From IMG/VR virus record IMGVR_UViG_3300042542_004852: a stretch of DNA of 64,000 nucleotides, one strand, 5' to 3'. The stretch comes from a virus. Below, in pieces: positions 27,169-37,437 of this stretch (position 1 is its first letter; every line of letters begins with the position of its first letter). Position numbers and translations under genes: made by a program. Below the pieces are notes generated by a model that saw only the letters and a list, made by a program, of their open reading frames with translations, was not told the DNA's origin and did not search any database.

Positions 27169-29058
27169 TTATGTTAGTTGTAATTGAGACTTATCTTTGC
27201 CATTGTGTTGATAAGTGAAGTGTTTTTGAGTTGTAACGAATGGCAAAAATGCTAGTTCAAAATATCCTTTATGCTCTCCTTGTCCCTCTAGGAAAAGCAG
27301 ATTATCAAAAATTGGAGAATATGGCAGCACCCTATGAACACATGGATGTTCATCAACGATTTCAAAGAATTGCGGCAAAGTGATAAAATAGATATTATAT
27401 TCTGGATAGAGTTCTTTTAAATTTTGAAGCAGCGAATTCACCATTAAAACATCTCCTGCTGATTGAGGCATCACCACAGCAATTCTTTTGCCTTCGTCAT
27501 CTTTATCTAGAACATCTGCAATATCAATTGTCTTTGGTTCGATTGTGGCTGCTGTATTTTTAAAATGATTTAATACTTGTTCTCTATTGAGGTCTGACTT
27601 GAGCCGATCAATCCAATGCAGGCATCCTTGGTGGTTACAGTCAACCGTTTCGCCAAGAATGTTTTTATACAAGTCAATAAGCCATTCTGTATTGTCTGCA
27701 ATATTTGGAGGCTGATAGTTTGGATTTTTGACTCTTTTTTGAATGTTCCAATCCTCTACGAAAGGTGCGTTGTCAAACATTTCTTCTAGCTGCTTGCAGA
27801 CAACCTCAATTGAGCAATGATTGATTGTAAAATTCCTGGCTTTCTTGCCAATTTCTGCGCGTTTTTCAAGCTTCATGTTGTAAACTTTATCTAATTGTTT
27901 ACAAATACTGAACGCTTTAGTGGACGCTTTGATGAATTGAGTTCCTGGCTCGCGATATTCTGACCAATCAAGCGGCAAACCTCCGCTTTCATCTGTGCAA
28001 TAGTCTTCTCCGCAAGAGTAGTTTGTTACAAGAGTAATGAGTTCAGCAAGTTTGGCTTCTTGAATTGGAATTTCTTGACCACCGCTTGTGAATGGATGAC
28101 AATAAACATCCATGATGTTGTAAATCTCGTTTAATTGAGCCTCATTTACGCCATGCACAATATTTGCTGTCGAAACACTTCTTTGAGCTTTGCAATGTGA
28201 GCAGTTTAGGTCTTGACCTTGATACGATTTGATTTCATACTGGCGACAATTCTTACAAAAGTATGTTGTGAGAATGTCGGAGTTATCAATATTCTTTTCT
28301 CTGAGAAGTCTTGGGATGTCCCATCCTTCTACCCAATGAGTGTGTAGCAAGAGCTTTGGTTTTGCTTGCGGATTTTTTGCCTTGAATTCGCAGAAGCCGT
28401 CCAAAAGATTTGGAACACTCTTTCTAAGCTGATTGCGAAATACAAAACCAATAACAAATTCGTCTTTGAGATTGAATTTTTTTCTCAAATCGTTTTTGGT
28501 TTTTGAACCAAGATTATAGAACTGATTGACATCAAGAGTTCCAGGCAGGGTTTTAACATGATCGTATCCAATCTCTTTTAGAGCCTTTTCTGCGAACGAT
28601 GCCCACACAAGGTAGTTCTTGACCTTTGGCGCTGCATCAACAGCGTCAGGAAGGATTGGAAGCGAATCTAGAGTGGTCCAGATTGCAGAAGTGATGTGGT
28701 TCCACCAAGGCTTGTCCCAAAACCCATTAAAGGCCCAAATATCCTCAATGCCAAGATACACATCTGGTTTGAGTTTTTCAATGGCGCTATCAATGCCATA
28801 AGCACCATAATTGGCGGCTCTTTCTTTGTGACCGTCTCCTCTGATTTGCGCCATGACATTTGGATTTGGCATGGAGCCATAACATTGCCAAGGTTGGAAT
28901 TTGCAATCTGGCGCGTCCCAAGGCAAGCCGTTAGCGAATTCTATAAGTTCATATTTGCCAGTTTCATGAAGCTTGCGCAAAATGTTTTTATTATTTTTCC
29001 CAAATCCAGTAAATAGACGGGAAAAATTTGTATGAATTAAGATTCGCTTTTTTCTCAT
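27169..29058 (-). CDS. GT4 glycosyltransferase fused to GT9 N-terminal half
   Basis: TGFG, RNQLRK, YNIMDVY.HP...GG.EIPIQEAK; C-terminal SAGDVLM...LKELYP...I.FIT. Confidence 0.85.
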   Translation of the reverse strand: MRKKRILIHTNFSRLFTGFGKNNKNILRKLHETGKYELIEFANGLPWDAPDCKFQPWQCYGSMPNPNVMAQIRGDGHKERAANYGAYGIDSAIEKLKPDVYLGIEDIWAFNGFWDKPWWNHITSAIWTTLDSLPILPDAVDAAPKVKNYLVWASFAEKALKEIGYDHVKTLPGTLDVNQFYNLGSKTKNDLRKKFNLKDEFVIGFVFRNQLRKSVPNLLDGFCEFKAKNPQAKPKLLLHTHWVEGWDIPRLLREKNIDNSDILTTYFCKNCRQYEIKSYQGQDLNCSHCKAQRSVSTANIVHGVNEAQLNEIYNIMDVYCHPFTSGGQEIPIQEAKLAELITLVTNYSCGEDYCTDESGGLPLDWSEYREPGTQFIKASTKAFSICKQLDKVYNMKLEKRAEIGKKARNFTINHCSIEVVCKQLEEMFDNAPFVEDWNIQKRVKNPNYQPPNIADNTEWLIDLYKNILGETVDCNHQGCLHWIDRLKSDLNREQVLNHFKNTAATIEPKTIDIADVLDKDDEGKRIAVVMPQSAGDVLMVNSLLQNLKELYPEYNIYFITLPQFFEIVDEHPCVHRVLPYSPIFDNLLFLEGQGEHKGYFELAFLPFVTTQKHFTYQHNGKDKSQLQLT

Positions 29059-29059
29059 G

Positions 29060-29518
29060 TTATTCTGTGGCTTGAGCTTTTGATTCAAAAATCTTGACTA
29101 AACAGGTTTCGAGAAACACTCTGAGAGTTTCAGCTTCTGCGAGTTCAACACCCATGCCAAACTTCTGATTGCCATTACGGGAAACAGAAAAAGAAAAAGC
29201 ATCAGCGCCGTCTTTTTTCTTGTATCGAGTCCAAGAGATTTGAGTCTTGTTTTCTTCAAATGAATGGAACGCTTTCCATTCGCTATAAGTGCGAATAGCA
29301 TGGATGAGTCCACCAATTTCATTTTCGTTGATCTTGATGGCAATGGTCTTCTCTGGGTTCTCGCGATTACCAGAGAATGATCCATTCTTGGTTTGTTCAT
29401 TCCAAGAGAATTGCTGAATGCCGTTGACGTAAACTGTTGGTTGTCCCTTATTAGAAAGCTGGAAAGAGAAAGCGCATCCAGTGTTTTTACTGTTTGGTTT
29501 ATAGAAGGCTAAATTCAT
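29060..29518 (-). CDS. hypothetical protein (possible Whirly/PC4-like nucleic-acid binder)
   Basis: Duplicated beta-beta-beta-helix pattern. Confidence 0.55.
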   Translation of the reverse strand: MNLAFYKPNSKNTGCAFSFQLSNKGQPTVYVNGIQQFSWNEQTKNGSFSGNRENPEKTIAIKINENEIGGLIHAIRTYSEWKAFHSFEENKTQISWTRYKKKDGADAFSFSVSRNGNQKFGMGVELAEAETLRVFLETCLVKIFESKAQATE

Positions 29519-29523
29519 ATAGG

Positions 29524-29551
29524 ATAGTAAAATAACACCAATTAAAGTCCA
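29524..29551 (-). promoter_or_regulatory. sigma70-type promoter, leaderless
   Basis: TGGACT-N16-TACTAT-N5-ATG. Confidence 0.55.
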
Positions 29552-29599
29552 TAATTTAACTTAAAAAGTTAATTCATTAATTTTTAAATATTTTTATGC

Positions 29600-30262
29600 T
29601 TATTGCAAAATAATTTTAGGAAATTTATTAATTTTGCTTTCTTTTTTAGAAGCGTTATAGACATTAATTCCTAATTTTTTAGAAATTTCTAATGCTAAAT
29701 TGAACTTTTCAATTAAATAATCTTCTCCTAGTCTAAGTGGGTCTGGCGTACCGTGGCCGTAGAAAAAATCTTCATCAAAATCTTGAAAAAATCTTTTTGA
29801 CCACTCTTCTATTGTTTCATTTTGATCTTTTAAAAAATTATTTTGAGGACTGGGCTTGTTATTTTCAAGCCATTTTTTTGTTTTATCCTTATTATAATCA
29901 TGATCGAATCCAAGTAAATATACATTAGATGGTTTTAATGCTCCAAAAATCCAATACAAACCTTGAAAAAATGTTGTATATCCAACGTAATGAAATGGAG
30001 ATTTTTGATTTAAATCAAGCTTATTATTAATTAAATCTTTAATTGTTGATTCGTATTCTAAATACGAAATTTCATTTTTAAAATTTATTTTTGATGGAAA
30101 ATTTTCTCTTGGAAAGTCCACAGGATGAATCCAATAATCAAATAATTCATTCCCATCAAAAAGTCTCCAAGCGTTATTGGCGCAAATAATTGTATATTTT
30201 TTTTTATCAATAGAATGAATTAATTTAGCAGATTGACCGCTTCCAATATAAATAATATCCAT
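29600..30262 (-). CDS. Maf/DUF115-like (sialyltransferase-fold) glycosyltransferase
   Basis: IIYIGSGQS, IICANN, VYLLGFD, VYNAS. Confidence 0.65.
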   Translation of the reverse strand: MDIIYIGSGQSAKLIHSIDKKKYTIICANNAWRLFDGNELFDYWIHPVDFPRENFPSKINFKNEISYLEYESTIKDLINNKLDLNQKSPFHYVGYTTFFQGLYWIFGALKPSNVYLLGFDHDYNKDKTKKWLENNKPSPQNNFLKDQNETIEEWSKRFFQDFDEDFFYGHGTPDPLRLGEDYLIEKFNLALEISKKLGINVYNASKKESKINKFPKIILQ

Positions 30263-30263
30263 T

Positions 30264-31112
30264 TTAAAATAAAGATTTAATTTTTTGTTTAATAGAGTCT
30301 GTATCAATTTTTGGATATTCCTTATTAAAATATTCAATCATTGAAACAATGAATGGGTGATTTTCATCTCTATAAATTTCATACCATCCTAAAAAATAAT
30401 TCCAAACTCTATCTTCAATAATATTTTTATATGGAACGCCATTCGGTCTATCGAATCTATGCGCCCATTTTAATTGTGGTAAGCATATATTTTTGCCACC
30501 ATTAATTTTAAATTTTTCTGATATATAGCCTTCTTCGCCACCAAAACCCCTAAAATTTTGATTAATTTTTGGCCAATTTTTTCTTTCAAATGCTAAAAGA
30601 CCCATTCCTTGCATTTCTATTTCAAATGGTTCGTTTAGTTTTAATTTTTCTTCATTAGTAGCCCAAGTGCCATACATCGCTCCGCTCCATTTTGGAGCAA
30701 AATGCGTCGAAACATAATTCAATGAGTCATAAAGCAATGGCCCCTGAATTAAATCTTTACAGTCTTGATGTTCTTTAAAATAGTAAAGCAAATTATTTAT
30801 CGCATTTGGCTGCAAAATTATATGGCAATCAAGAATGAGTACATATTTGCCAGTTGCATGTTCTACAATTTTATATTTATTAAAAGATGATGTGTTCTCT
30901 GAATACTCTATGTATTTGCCTTTTACAGAATTATTAATAAATTTTTTAACGCTTTCTGCGTGTTTACCGTTTGGATTATTGTCTAATACTATAAATTCAA
31001 TATTATTTTCTAATCCAAGTAAGTGATATAATCTAAGAGCTTGTATGGTAAAATATACACCATCATAATCGTCGTATGTGGCCATTCCAATTGTTAATAA
31101 TTTTTCGCTCAT
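30264..31112 (-). CDS. GT2 glycosyltransferase
   Basis: LTIGMATY, IVLDN, ATGKYVLILDCH, GFGGEE. Confidence 0.88.
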   Translation of the reverse strand: MSEKLLTIGMATYDDYDGVYFTIQALRLYHLLGLENNIEFIVLDNNPNGKHAESVKKFINNSVKGKYIEYSENTSSFNKYKIVEHATGKYVLILDCHIILQPNAINNLLYYFKEHQDCKDLIQGPLLYDSLNYVSTHFAPKWSGAMYGTWATNEEKLKLNEPFEIEMQGMGLLAFERKNWPKINQNFRGFGGEEGYISEKFKINGGKNICLPQLKWAHRFDRPNGVPYKNIIEDRVWNYFLGWYEIYRDENHPFIVSMIEYFNKEYPKIDTDSIKQKIKSLF

Positions 31113-31128
31113 TGTTATATTATAAACG

Positions 31129-31746
31129 CTAAAAGTTTAAGAATCTATTGTACAATTCTATAGATTTATAATGAACAGAAGCGAATTTGTCCTTCATTTC
31201 TTTAGACCAAACCTCTCCAGTATATTTTGTTGCCCAAAGTTTTTTATGTCTGTCAATTTTTAAATCGAATTGTTTTTCTACAAAATCTTGCGCCTCATGA
31301 TAACGATCATAAACAAACACTTTATCAATTGCTAGTTCGCCATTAAAGTGAGTGTATTCATATTGATTGATATAATGGTTTAAATTCTTAAATGAGTTTT
31401 TTTCATCTGATAAGATAAAATGCTCTAACGAAGGAATCTTCATGAGTATTTTCATTTGATTATATAAGCTTGTAACTTGATCAAATGGATTTCTTAATAC
31501 AGTAAATTTTAAATATGAATTAGCCTGCAAAAACTTGTAATACTCTGAAATGTAGCTGTGAGAGTGTCCGCGAGCAGTGTGTTTTTGTATTCCATCCATT
31601 GCTCCTCTAATCGTAAATAACTTATAAGAGTCTATGTCGAGATTAGAGCTTTCTGAAAGATGTTTTTTACAAATAGCGAATTCTAAACTAGAGCCTCCAG
31701 TTTTAGGAATATGCACAAAAATAGTTCTATAAACTGAAAAAAACAT
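31129..31746 (-). CDS. sulfotransferase family 2 protein
   Basis: FVHIPKTGGSS and FTVLRNPFDQVTS. Confidence 0.88.
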   Translation of the reverse strand: MFFSVYRTIFVHIPKTGGSSLEFAICKKHLSESSNLDIDSYKLFTIRGAMDGIQKHTARGHSHSYISEYYKFLQANSYLKFTVLRNPFDQVTSLYNQMKILMKIPSLEHFILSDEKNSFKNLNHYINQYEYTHFNGELAIDKVFVYDRYHEAQDFVEKQFDLKIDRHKKLWATKYTGEVWSKEMKDKFASVHYKSIELYNRFLNF

Positions 31747-32306
31747 TACTCTAAAGTAAAATGACAATACATATTTGCATAATAATTTCCGTTAAATGGT
31801 GTCTTTCGACCATGAAGACAAAGAGCAGATTCATAATAAACACATTCGCCAGCTTCGATTAGGACTTGGTGTTCGTTGCCTTCGTGATCTACAATGTCAA
31901 ACAGCCAAGGCTCACCATCCAAAGCAACGCTCATGTTAACGCTGATGTGGTGAGTATCATTTCTGTCAGTGTGCATCTTTAATGAGGCTCCATTCTTGTA
32001 GAATCGAATACCATAAATAATACCTTTTGGATTTAATTTTGCTCCAGACCATTCCGAAAGTAGATCATGCATGTCTGAAATGACTTGCTTTTTTAATTCT
32101 GGAAAATGATCTAATGAAAGCAAATCCGTAGCAACTTCAAAACTTTCAGATTTAATCCATCCTTTTAAGTCTGCTTTGTGTGTGTCTGAATATTCAGGAA
32201 CTCTTTCGTGAAGATGTTTTAATAAAACATCTTGAATCATTTTCCAAGATTTTTCTGGAATTTTAGTTTTATAAAAACCTTGAGCAGTAAATTTTGGTAT
32301 ATTCAT
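31746..32306 (-). CDS. 2OG-Fe(II) oxygenase
   Basis: YGIRFY..GASL.MHTD...H.IS and LHGR. Confidence 0.85.
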   Translation of the reverse strand: MNIPKFTAQGFYKTKIPEKSWKMIQDVLLKHLHERVPEYSDTHKADLKGWIKSESFEVATDLLSLDHFPELKKQVISDMHDLLSEWSGAKLNPKGIIYGIRFYKNGASLKMHTDRNDTHHISVNMSVALDGEPWLFDIVDHEGNEHQVLIEAGECVYYESALCLHGRKTPFNGNYYANMYCHFTLE

Positions 32307-32686
32307 AGCTCAATCTTAAAATTTTTATTCTCAATAATTTTAGGCTTATCTGCCATGTGTTTTGCGCCTTTTCTTTCTTTAGAATAATTTTCAAAAAACT
32401 TTTTCTTGACTGGATCAATGCCACCAGCTTGCTCTGCGCGTTTTGCACTCATTTCAGCGCTGTAGTCTAGCATGTCGCCCATTGAGCCTTTTTTTGAAGC
32501 AGTGCGTTCTACGAACTTCTGTGAGCTAAATGCGTCTGTTTTGGTGTCAATACTGGCATTAGGCGCAAAGAATACCCTGTCCCATTTAAAACCATTAGAG
32601 TCAACGAATTCATGAGTGTCATTCATTCCTTGAAGGATTTCAACTTCTTCTCCAGTTTGAGAATTACGATAGCAGTATAGAGGCAT
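32303..32686 (-). CDS. FmdB-like regulatory protein (degenerate zinc ribbon)
   Basis: MPLYCY....GE..E.LQ.M. Confidence 0.6.
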   Translation of the reverse strand: MPLYCYRNSQTGEEVEILQGMNDTHEFVDSNGFKWDRVFFAPNASIDTKTDAFSSQKFVERTASKKGSMGDMLDYSAEMSAKRAEQAGGIDPVKKKFFENYSKERKGAKHMADKPKIIENKNFKIEL

Positions 32687-32690
32687 AACC

Positions 32691-32730
32691 ATTCTAAAAT
32701 AAAAAAGCGGGTTTTTCAACCCACTTTTCT
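32691..32730 (-). terminator. rho-independent terminator overlapping a sigma70 promoter
   Basis: AAAAGTGGGTT-GAAA-AACCCGCTTTT hairpin; TTGAAA-N17-TAGAAT-N4-ATG. Confidence 0.7.
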
Positions 32731-32766
32731 GTTTACTTAATTTACTCGTTTTTTGATTTTAATTAT

Positions 32767-33603
32767 TTATTCATAGGGACCACAATATTTTTCATACAAT
32801 TCTTTTTTAATTACATAATTGCCACGATTTACTTTACCAATATTATCCCTAATTAAATTTAAATGTTTTTTATATATTTCTGAAACATCAATATCGGCAG
32901 TTAATTTTGATTTTGCAAAATCTTTTGTATTTGCCTTATGATATTCAAAATTATCTTCTCGATCAATTGTTCCACTTTGTTTGTGACCTCTCATCTCTCC
33001 TTGATCGGCCCAATTAAAACAGTAAGATGGAACACATTCTTTTTCGACATGACTTTTATAATATTTATTAAAATAAATAATCCAGTGCATGTGTTCTCCA
33101 CCGCCTTGATGATTTGCAAAACCGACTTCTCTTAACTTTTCCAAATCAACTAAAATACTAGCTTCCATAGCATTCCAAGCTAACTCTGGCTCACGGCCAA
33201 ATGGCCAATACATGCTTGTGAATGGTTTCCAAGACCAAATTTCAGGCTTAGAATTAAATCCATCAACACACTGTCTAATATGCCAAGGTAAAAAAATATC
33301 ATCATCATCCCAGCAAATGTAATGGGTTCCATTGCCAAAATTTAAACCATCTCTTCTGACGCTTCCAACGTTTGTGTATGGTTGATTTGTTTGTAAATCC
33401 GTGTTATTGTTTATAACTGTAATATTTTTACCTAAAAGCTTATCTGATAGTTCTAGTGGATATTCTACATCGGTATTATAAATAATAAGTTCCTTTTCAA
33501 TATCAGAATCCTGATCTAAAAAAAATTTAATCGAGCGATTTACACAAGTAAATCTCCTATAAGTATTCATTATGCATGAAATTTTCATATTTGTTTTGCT
33601 CAT
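32767..33603 (-). CDS. GT2 glycosyltransferase
   Basis: ISCIMNTY, FLDQD, YICWDDDDIFLPWHI. Confidence 0.88.
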   Translation of the reverse strand: MSKTNMKISCIMNTYRRFTCVNRSIKFFLDQDSDIEKELIIYNTDVEYPLELSDKLLGKNITVINNNTDLQTNQPYTNVGSVRRDGLNFGNGTHYICWDDDDIFLPWHIRQCVDGFNSKPEIWSWKPFTSMYWPFGREPELAWNAMEASILVDLEKLREVGFANHQGGGEHMHWIIYFNKYYKSHVEKECVPSYCFNWADQGEMRGHKQSGTIDREDNFEYHKANTKDFAKSKLTADIDVSEIYKKHLNLIRDNIGKVNRGNYVIKKELYEKYCGPYE

Positions 33604-33664
33604 TATTAGTTAATTTTTTAGATTTTTATTTTAAATTGCTTTAGGTTTTTGAACCAGCATTCAA

Positions 33665-33910
33665 TTATTGAATTTGAAGCATTTTACTTTGTTTTTGCCT
33701 GAATGGAATATTAATTTCTAAAATGCCATCTTCAAGTTTCGCCGTAGCATTATCAACGTCAATATTTTCTGGCAATACCTGTGTAGCTTTTGAGCTTCCA
33801 AATTTTTCATTGAATGCTGAAATCAAAATATATCCTTCTTCAAATTCAATATTGATTTCGTTCTTCTTGTAACCTGGAGCTTTAATTAGTAGTGTGAAGT
33901 CTTCGTTCAT
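33665..33910 (-). CDS. small heat shock protein (HSP20)
   Basis: PGYKKNEI.I and A.LEDGILEI.IP. Confidence 0.9.
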   Translation of the reverse strand: MNEDFTLLIKAPGYKKNEINIEFEEGYILISAFNEKFGSSKATQVLPENIDVDNATAKLEDGILEINIPFRQKQSKMLQIQ

Positions 33911-34977
33911 AGGTGGGAGATGATTTGGTTAAGAGTATTTTCGTAGGTGAGTTCTTTTGAAAGTTGAATACCAGCTTCATTAACTGTTCCAATTTTCTGT
34001 TCAGCTTTTTCAAAAGCTTCAAGCAAAGATTCTTTGCTCCAATCCCACATGATGCCTTGATTATACATGTCGTTCTCTTTGAAGAAAACGTTGTCATAGA
34101 TTGGAATTGTGCCGTTTGGTTCGACAAGGATGCTATTGGTTTCATTTGCCCAATCTTTGTGAGATGTGGCATTCAAAACAATAGACCACTTGCCAAGACA
34201 AGTTGCATTAAAGCTTGGAAGATTCCAGCCCTCTGCTCCTGAAAGACCTGTGAGATCAATGTCAATGGCATTCAAGAAATCATTAACTTCTGAATTGGTT
34301 TGCAAATATGGCAAGAAATTAATGTTACCATATCTCTTGCCTTCAAGAGTAGAAGCAATAATTTGTTGCATCTGATCCTGTGGAATAAAAGGGTTTGTTA
34401 CGCAACAAGAAAGCAGGTACTTTGGATTATTACCATACTTTTCTAACCATGTTTTAATGATCTTCGCTGTATGCTTTCTCTTCTCAAACTTGCCCATTAG
34501 ACCAAAATGAATTCTTTCTGGCAAATACTTTTTGCCCGTGATACGGAAGCTTTCATCAAAGCCTAGTTTAAATGGAACGCTATTATCGCAACCAGCATTA
34601 ACGAATTGTTTCGTGGCGTAATCAGAACAAAAGAATGTTTTTGTTTGAAGTTTTGCGAGTTTCTTTTCTACAAATGTTGGTTCAGACGCTTCGTAAAAAG
34701 TGATTAGATATTGCTTTTCAGTTTTACGATTATCACTTCCGTTTAGATGCCAAAGCTTAACAGATGGAATTTCACTATCCAAAAAAGCAAAACGATTATT
34801 AACTGCTGCTTGAAGCCAAGCAGCAAACTCTGGCTCAAGATTGTGAGCAGAAACATCAATATTCCCAATAGGGAAAAATCCAACATCAATATTTTTGCGC
34901 CACATCTCGCGCAAAAGATTAATTGCTACATTTCCAAAAGAAAGAGAATTAATTGGAGCTTCAAAAATCAACTTCAT
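33907..34977 (-). CDS. GT4 glycosyltransferase
   Basis: GKFEKRK and SGAEGWNLP. Confidence 0.85.
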   Translation of the reverse strand: MKLIFEAPINSLSFGNVAINLLREMWRKNIDVGFFPIGNIDVSAHNLEPEFAAWLQAAVNNRFAFLDSEIPSVKLWHLNGSDNRKTEKQYLITFYEASEPTFVEKKLAKLQTKTFFCSDYATKQFVNAGCDNSVPFKLGFDESFRITGKKYLPERIHFGLMGKFEKRKHTAKIIKTWLEKYGNNPKYLLSCCVTNPFIPQDQMQQIIASTLEGKRYGNINFLPYLQTNSEVNDFLNAIDIDLTGLSGAEGWNLPSFNATCLGKWSIVLNATSHKDWANETNSILVEPNGTIPIYDNVFFKENDMYNQGIMWDWSKESLLEAFEKAEQKIGTVNEAGIQLSKELTYENTLNQIISHL

Positions 34978-34979
34978 AA

Positions 34980-35423
34980 TTAAAATGGAATGTCGTCGCC
35001 TTCTTCGCCACTGGTTGAAGTTTGTTCTTCCTCAACTGTTGCCACTACCTTCTTTGGAGCAACGGTTTTTTCCTTCGTTCCTGCGTAGCTTTCGCTCTTC
35101 TCAGACTTCTCAAAACGAGGAACAAAATTAACACGATCAGCGACGATAAAGGTCTTTGTCGTTTTCTTGCCTTCTTTGTTTTCGTAAGTGTCAGCAGCTA
35201 GGCGACCTTCAACAATAACACTGGAACCCTTCTTGAGATTCTTAGCACAGATTTCTCCTTGCTTATCCCAAACATCAACGCTCATATAGAGAGGCTCCTT
35301 TGTTTCGTCTTTATAATTTTCGCGATGAGCGATTCGAAGATTACAGATGCACTTGCCTGTTTTCGTGTGACGAGCTTCTGGATCAGCAACCAGAAAGCCA
35401 TAGAGGATTGTTTTATTTACCAT
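34980..35423 (-). CDS. ssb: single-stranded DNA-binding protein
   Basis: OB fold (G.LVADPE, KGS.V.VEGRL); acidic DDIPF tail. Confidence 0.95.
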   Translation of the reverse strand: MVNKTILYGFLVADPEARHTKTGKCICNLRIAHRENYKDETKEPLYMSVDVWDKQGEICAKNLKKGSSVIVEGRLAADTYENKEGKKTTKTFIVADRVNFVPRFEKSEKSESYAGTKEKTVAPKKVVATVEEEQTSTSGEEGDDIPF

Positions 35424-35442
35424 ATTTATGTTTAATTATTGT

Positions 35443-36009
35443 TTAATTATTGTTTAATTCGTACTTTACTTCTTTGATGAACCTGTTGTGAATATTAATG
35501 CATCCTTGAATGGATAATTTTAACTTTTTTGCAATCTTTTTCCAAGGAGTTAACTTGTTCTTGTCGCAATCTCTATAACGCATTTGAATGATTTTTCTTA
35601 CTCTTGAATCGGGAAATTTATCTGCTTTTTCGTAAATCAAAGAGATTGATTCTCTATCAAGATACTCTTTAGTATAGTCTTTGTCAACTAAATGTTCTGA
35701 TTGATCTCCAACATCGCAATACTCATATTTTTTAGCTTTGTTATGAATATTTAAGCATTTCCACTTTATTTCATTTCCTAAGTAAGTTGAAAACTTAATG
35801 TTGCGATTTGGATCGAATTTCAAAGCTTTCTCATAAATGAAAAGGTCTTTGTCATCAAAAATATCGTTTTTGTTAACGTTTGACTTGTCAGAAATTGTTT
35901 GATTAACAATCTGTAAGTAAATTCCAGAGTGTTTAGCTATTAATTCTTTTAAACAACTTTCATTATTGCTTACTTTGATTTGTTCAATAAGGGATAAGTC
36001 GTCTGCCAT
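35443..36009 (-). CDS. phage sigma-70-like factor (candidate late sigma)
   Basis: KFDPNRNIKFSTYL (region 2) and TPWKKIAKKLKLS HTH (region 4). Confidence 0.8.
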   Translation of the reverse strand: MADDLSLIEQIKVSNNESCLKELIAKHSGIYLQIVNQTISDKSNVNKNDIFDDKDLFIYEKALKFDPNRNIKFSTYLGNEIKWKCLNIHNKAKKYEYCDVGDQSEHLVDKDYTKEYLDRESISLIYEKADKFPDSRVRKIIQMRYRDCDKNKLTPWKKIAKKLKLSIQGCINIHNRFIKEVKYELNNN

Positions 36010-36584
36010 TTTGTGATTTCCTCCGAGCCGAAACATTGTTCGAAAATAGCCCAGCTATATTCAGAAAGCGAAAATGGATTGTTTTTATCTTCATTTCCCT
36101 CTACTGTTTGCCAAACAAAAGAGACGTTTGCTTTAGATTGTAGAATAGGATCATTTTCAATCTCTTCTGCATTTGCTGGCTTGATGCGGTTATTTTCTTT
36201 ATCAAGTCTTGAAATATGAATAAGAAAGCCGTTTTTTTGAATCCAATCTGCCTCGTTTTTGTATCGAACATCAGAAATGATTGCAATCTCATCTTTTTTT
36301 AGATACGAAGAGAGAGAATCAATCCAACAATCTTCATTGAGCGCTCTGCGAATATGAGTTCCATAAGCAACAAGAAATGGGCGAATCATTTTCTTTTCGT
36401 CGTCGTTTTGAGTAAATGAATTCAATCCAGTTTTCTTTTTAAGAAATGGGCGAACTTCTCTTTTAAGCTCGTCTGCAAGAGCATATCTTTTAGCCTTGAT
36501 TCCGATTTTTTTAAAAATCTTTACAAAATTGTTGGCAAGAGTATCTTTACCACTTCTTGCTACGCCTGAAATTCCAATGATCAT
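35970..36584 (-). CDS. deoxynucleoside monophosphate kinase
   Basis: IIGISGVARSGKDT, LADELK, ISDVRY.NE. Confidence 0.88.
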   Translation of the reverse strand: MIIGISGVARSGKDTLANNFVKIFKKIGIKAKRYALADELKREVRPFLKKKTGLNSFTQNDDEKKMIRPFLVAYGTHIRRALNEDCWIDSLSSYLKKDEIAIISDVRYKNEADWIQKNGFLIHISRLDKENNRIKPANAEEIENDPILQSKANVSFVWQTVEGNEDKNNPFSLSEYSWAIFEQCFGSEEITKWQTTYPLLNKSK

Positions 36585-37120
36585 AGTCCAGTTGACCCAA
36601 AGCCTCCTTCATTACGTTCACTTTGTTCTAGTTCAGAAACAAAAGTAATGGATGGATGGAAATGTTTTTGAAACACTAGTTGGCAAATTTTATCTCCACT
36701 CTTATAGATTTTGTTTGGATTGACAACGCAAACAATATTGTTACCATCAACGATCATCAAATCTTCTGGCTGAACAATGTATTTAAATCGAACTTTGATT
36801 GTCGATCTAAAACCAGAATCAATAACCGCAATAGAGTTTGCCAAAAGCAAGTTGTATCTGCTCACGCTTGATCTTGGAAAGACAAGAGTGTAAATATCAT
36901 CATTGGGCGAATTTACTGGTTGAAAACCATCAATTTTGATGTTTAAATCATATTCGATATAGTCAATGCTTTTGTAAGCATTTAGGTTTTCATCACGAAG
37001 AGAGCCAACAATTCTTGGTTCAGAAGCTGCAACTACATCATACCCAACATCGCCATCATAAGCGGGTTGAGACATGTTCGAATCGTTATCAACGACGTAA
37101 ATCAAATCAGGGAAGTTCAT
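36581..37120 (-). CDS. dut: dUTPase
   Basis: GDVGYD, PRSS, VIDSGFR, GDKICQL, RNEGGFGSTG. Confidence 0.93.
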   Translation of the reverse strand: MNFPDLIYVVDNDSNMSQPAYDGDVGYDVVAASEPRIVGSLRDENLNAYKSIDYIEYDLNIKIDGFQPVNSPNDDIYTLVFPRSSVSRYNLLLANSIAVIDSGFRSTIKVRFKYIVQPEDLMIVDGNNIVCVVNPNKIYKSGDKICQLVFQKHFHPSITFVSELEQSERNEGGFGSTGL

Positions 37121-37394
37121 TTTCTAAATTTTTAGCGAGTTCATAGTGACCGTTATTAGCCAATATGGTTGTCGTATGAACATACGAAATTTTTTCTAAA
37201 TCTTCTTGAAATTCTTGACAAGACATTAAAAAACCAAGGTTAATGTCATCAAGACCAGCTTCTTTGAAGCAGAGCATTACTTGCTCTAATGCTTTTGAGC
37301 AAGCGTCTGTAACGTCTTCGGCGTTAACCACACATTCCCAATCGCCGCTTTGAACAAGGAATATTTTCTGTTTGAAGTTTTTTAAGATAACCAT
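37107..37394 (-). CDS. hypothetical protein
   Basis: First gene of the leftward operon. Confidence 0.6.
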   Translation of the reverse strand: MVILKNFKQKIFLVQSGDWECVVNAEDVTDACSKALEQVMLCFKEAGLDDINLGFLMSCQEFQEDLEKISYVHTTTILANNGHYELAKNLENELP

Positions 37395-37401
37395 AGAACT
37401 C

Positions 37402-37437
37402 ATTTTATTCCAGAAACATCCTTCTGTCAAGAAGGAT
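37402..37437 (-). promoter_or_regulatory. leftward sigma70 promoter with inverted repeat on the -35 box
   Basis: TTGACA-N17-TAAAAT; ATCCTTCT-GTCA-AGAAGGAT at 37418-37437. Confidence 0.7.

Noticed and set aside
31746-32306. 2OG-Fe(II) oxygenase as a TET/JBP base hydroxylase partnering the BGT-like GT
   Set aside because: Motifs fit the generic phage 2OG oxygenase type, and there is no adjacent DNA methyltransferase.
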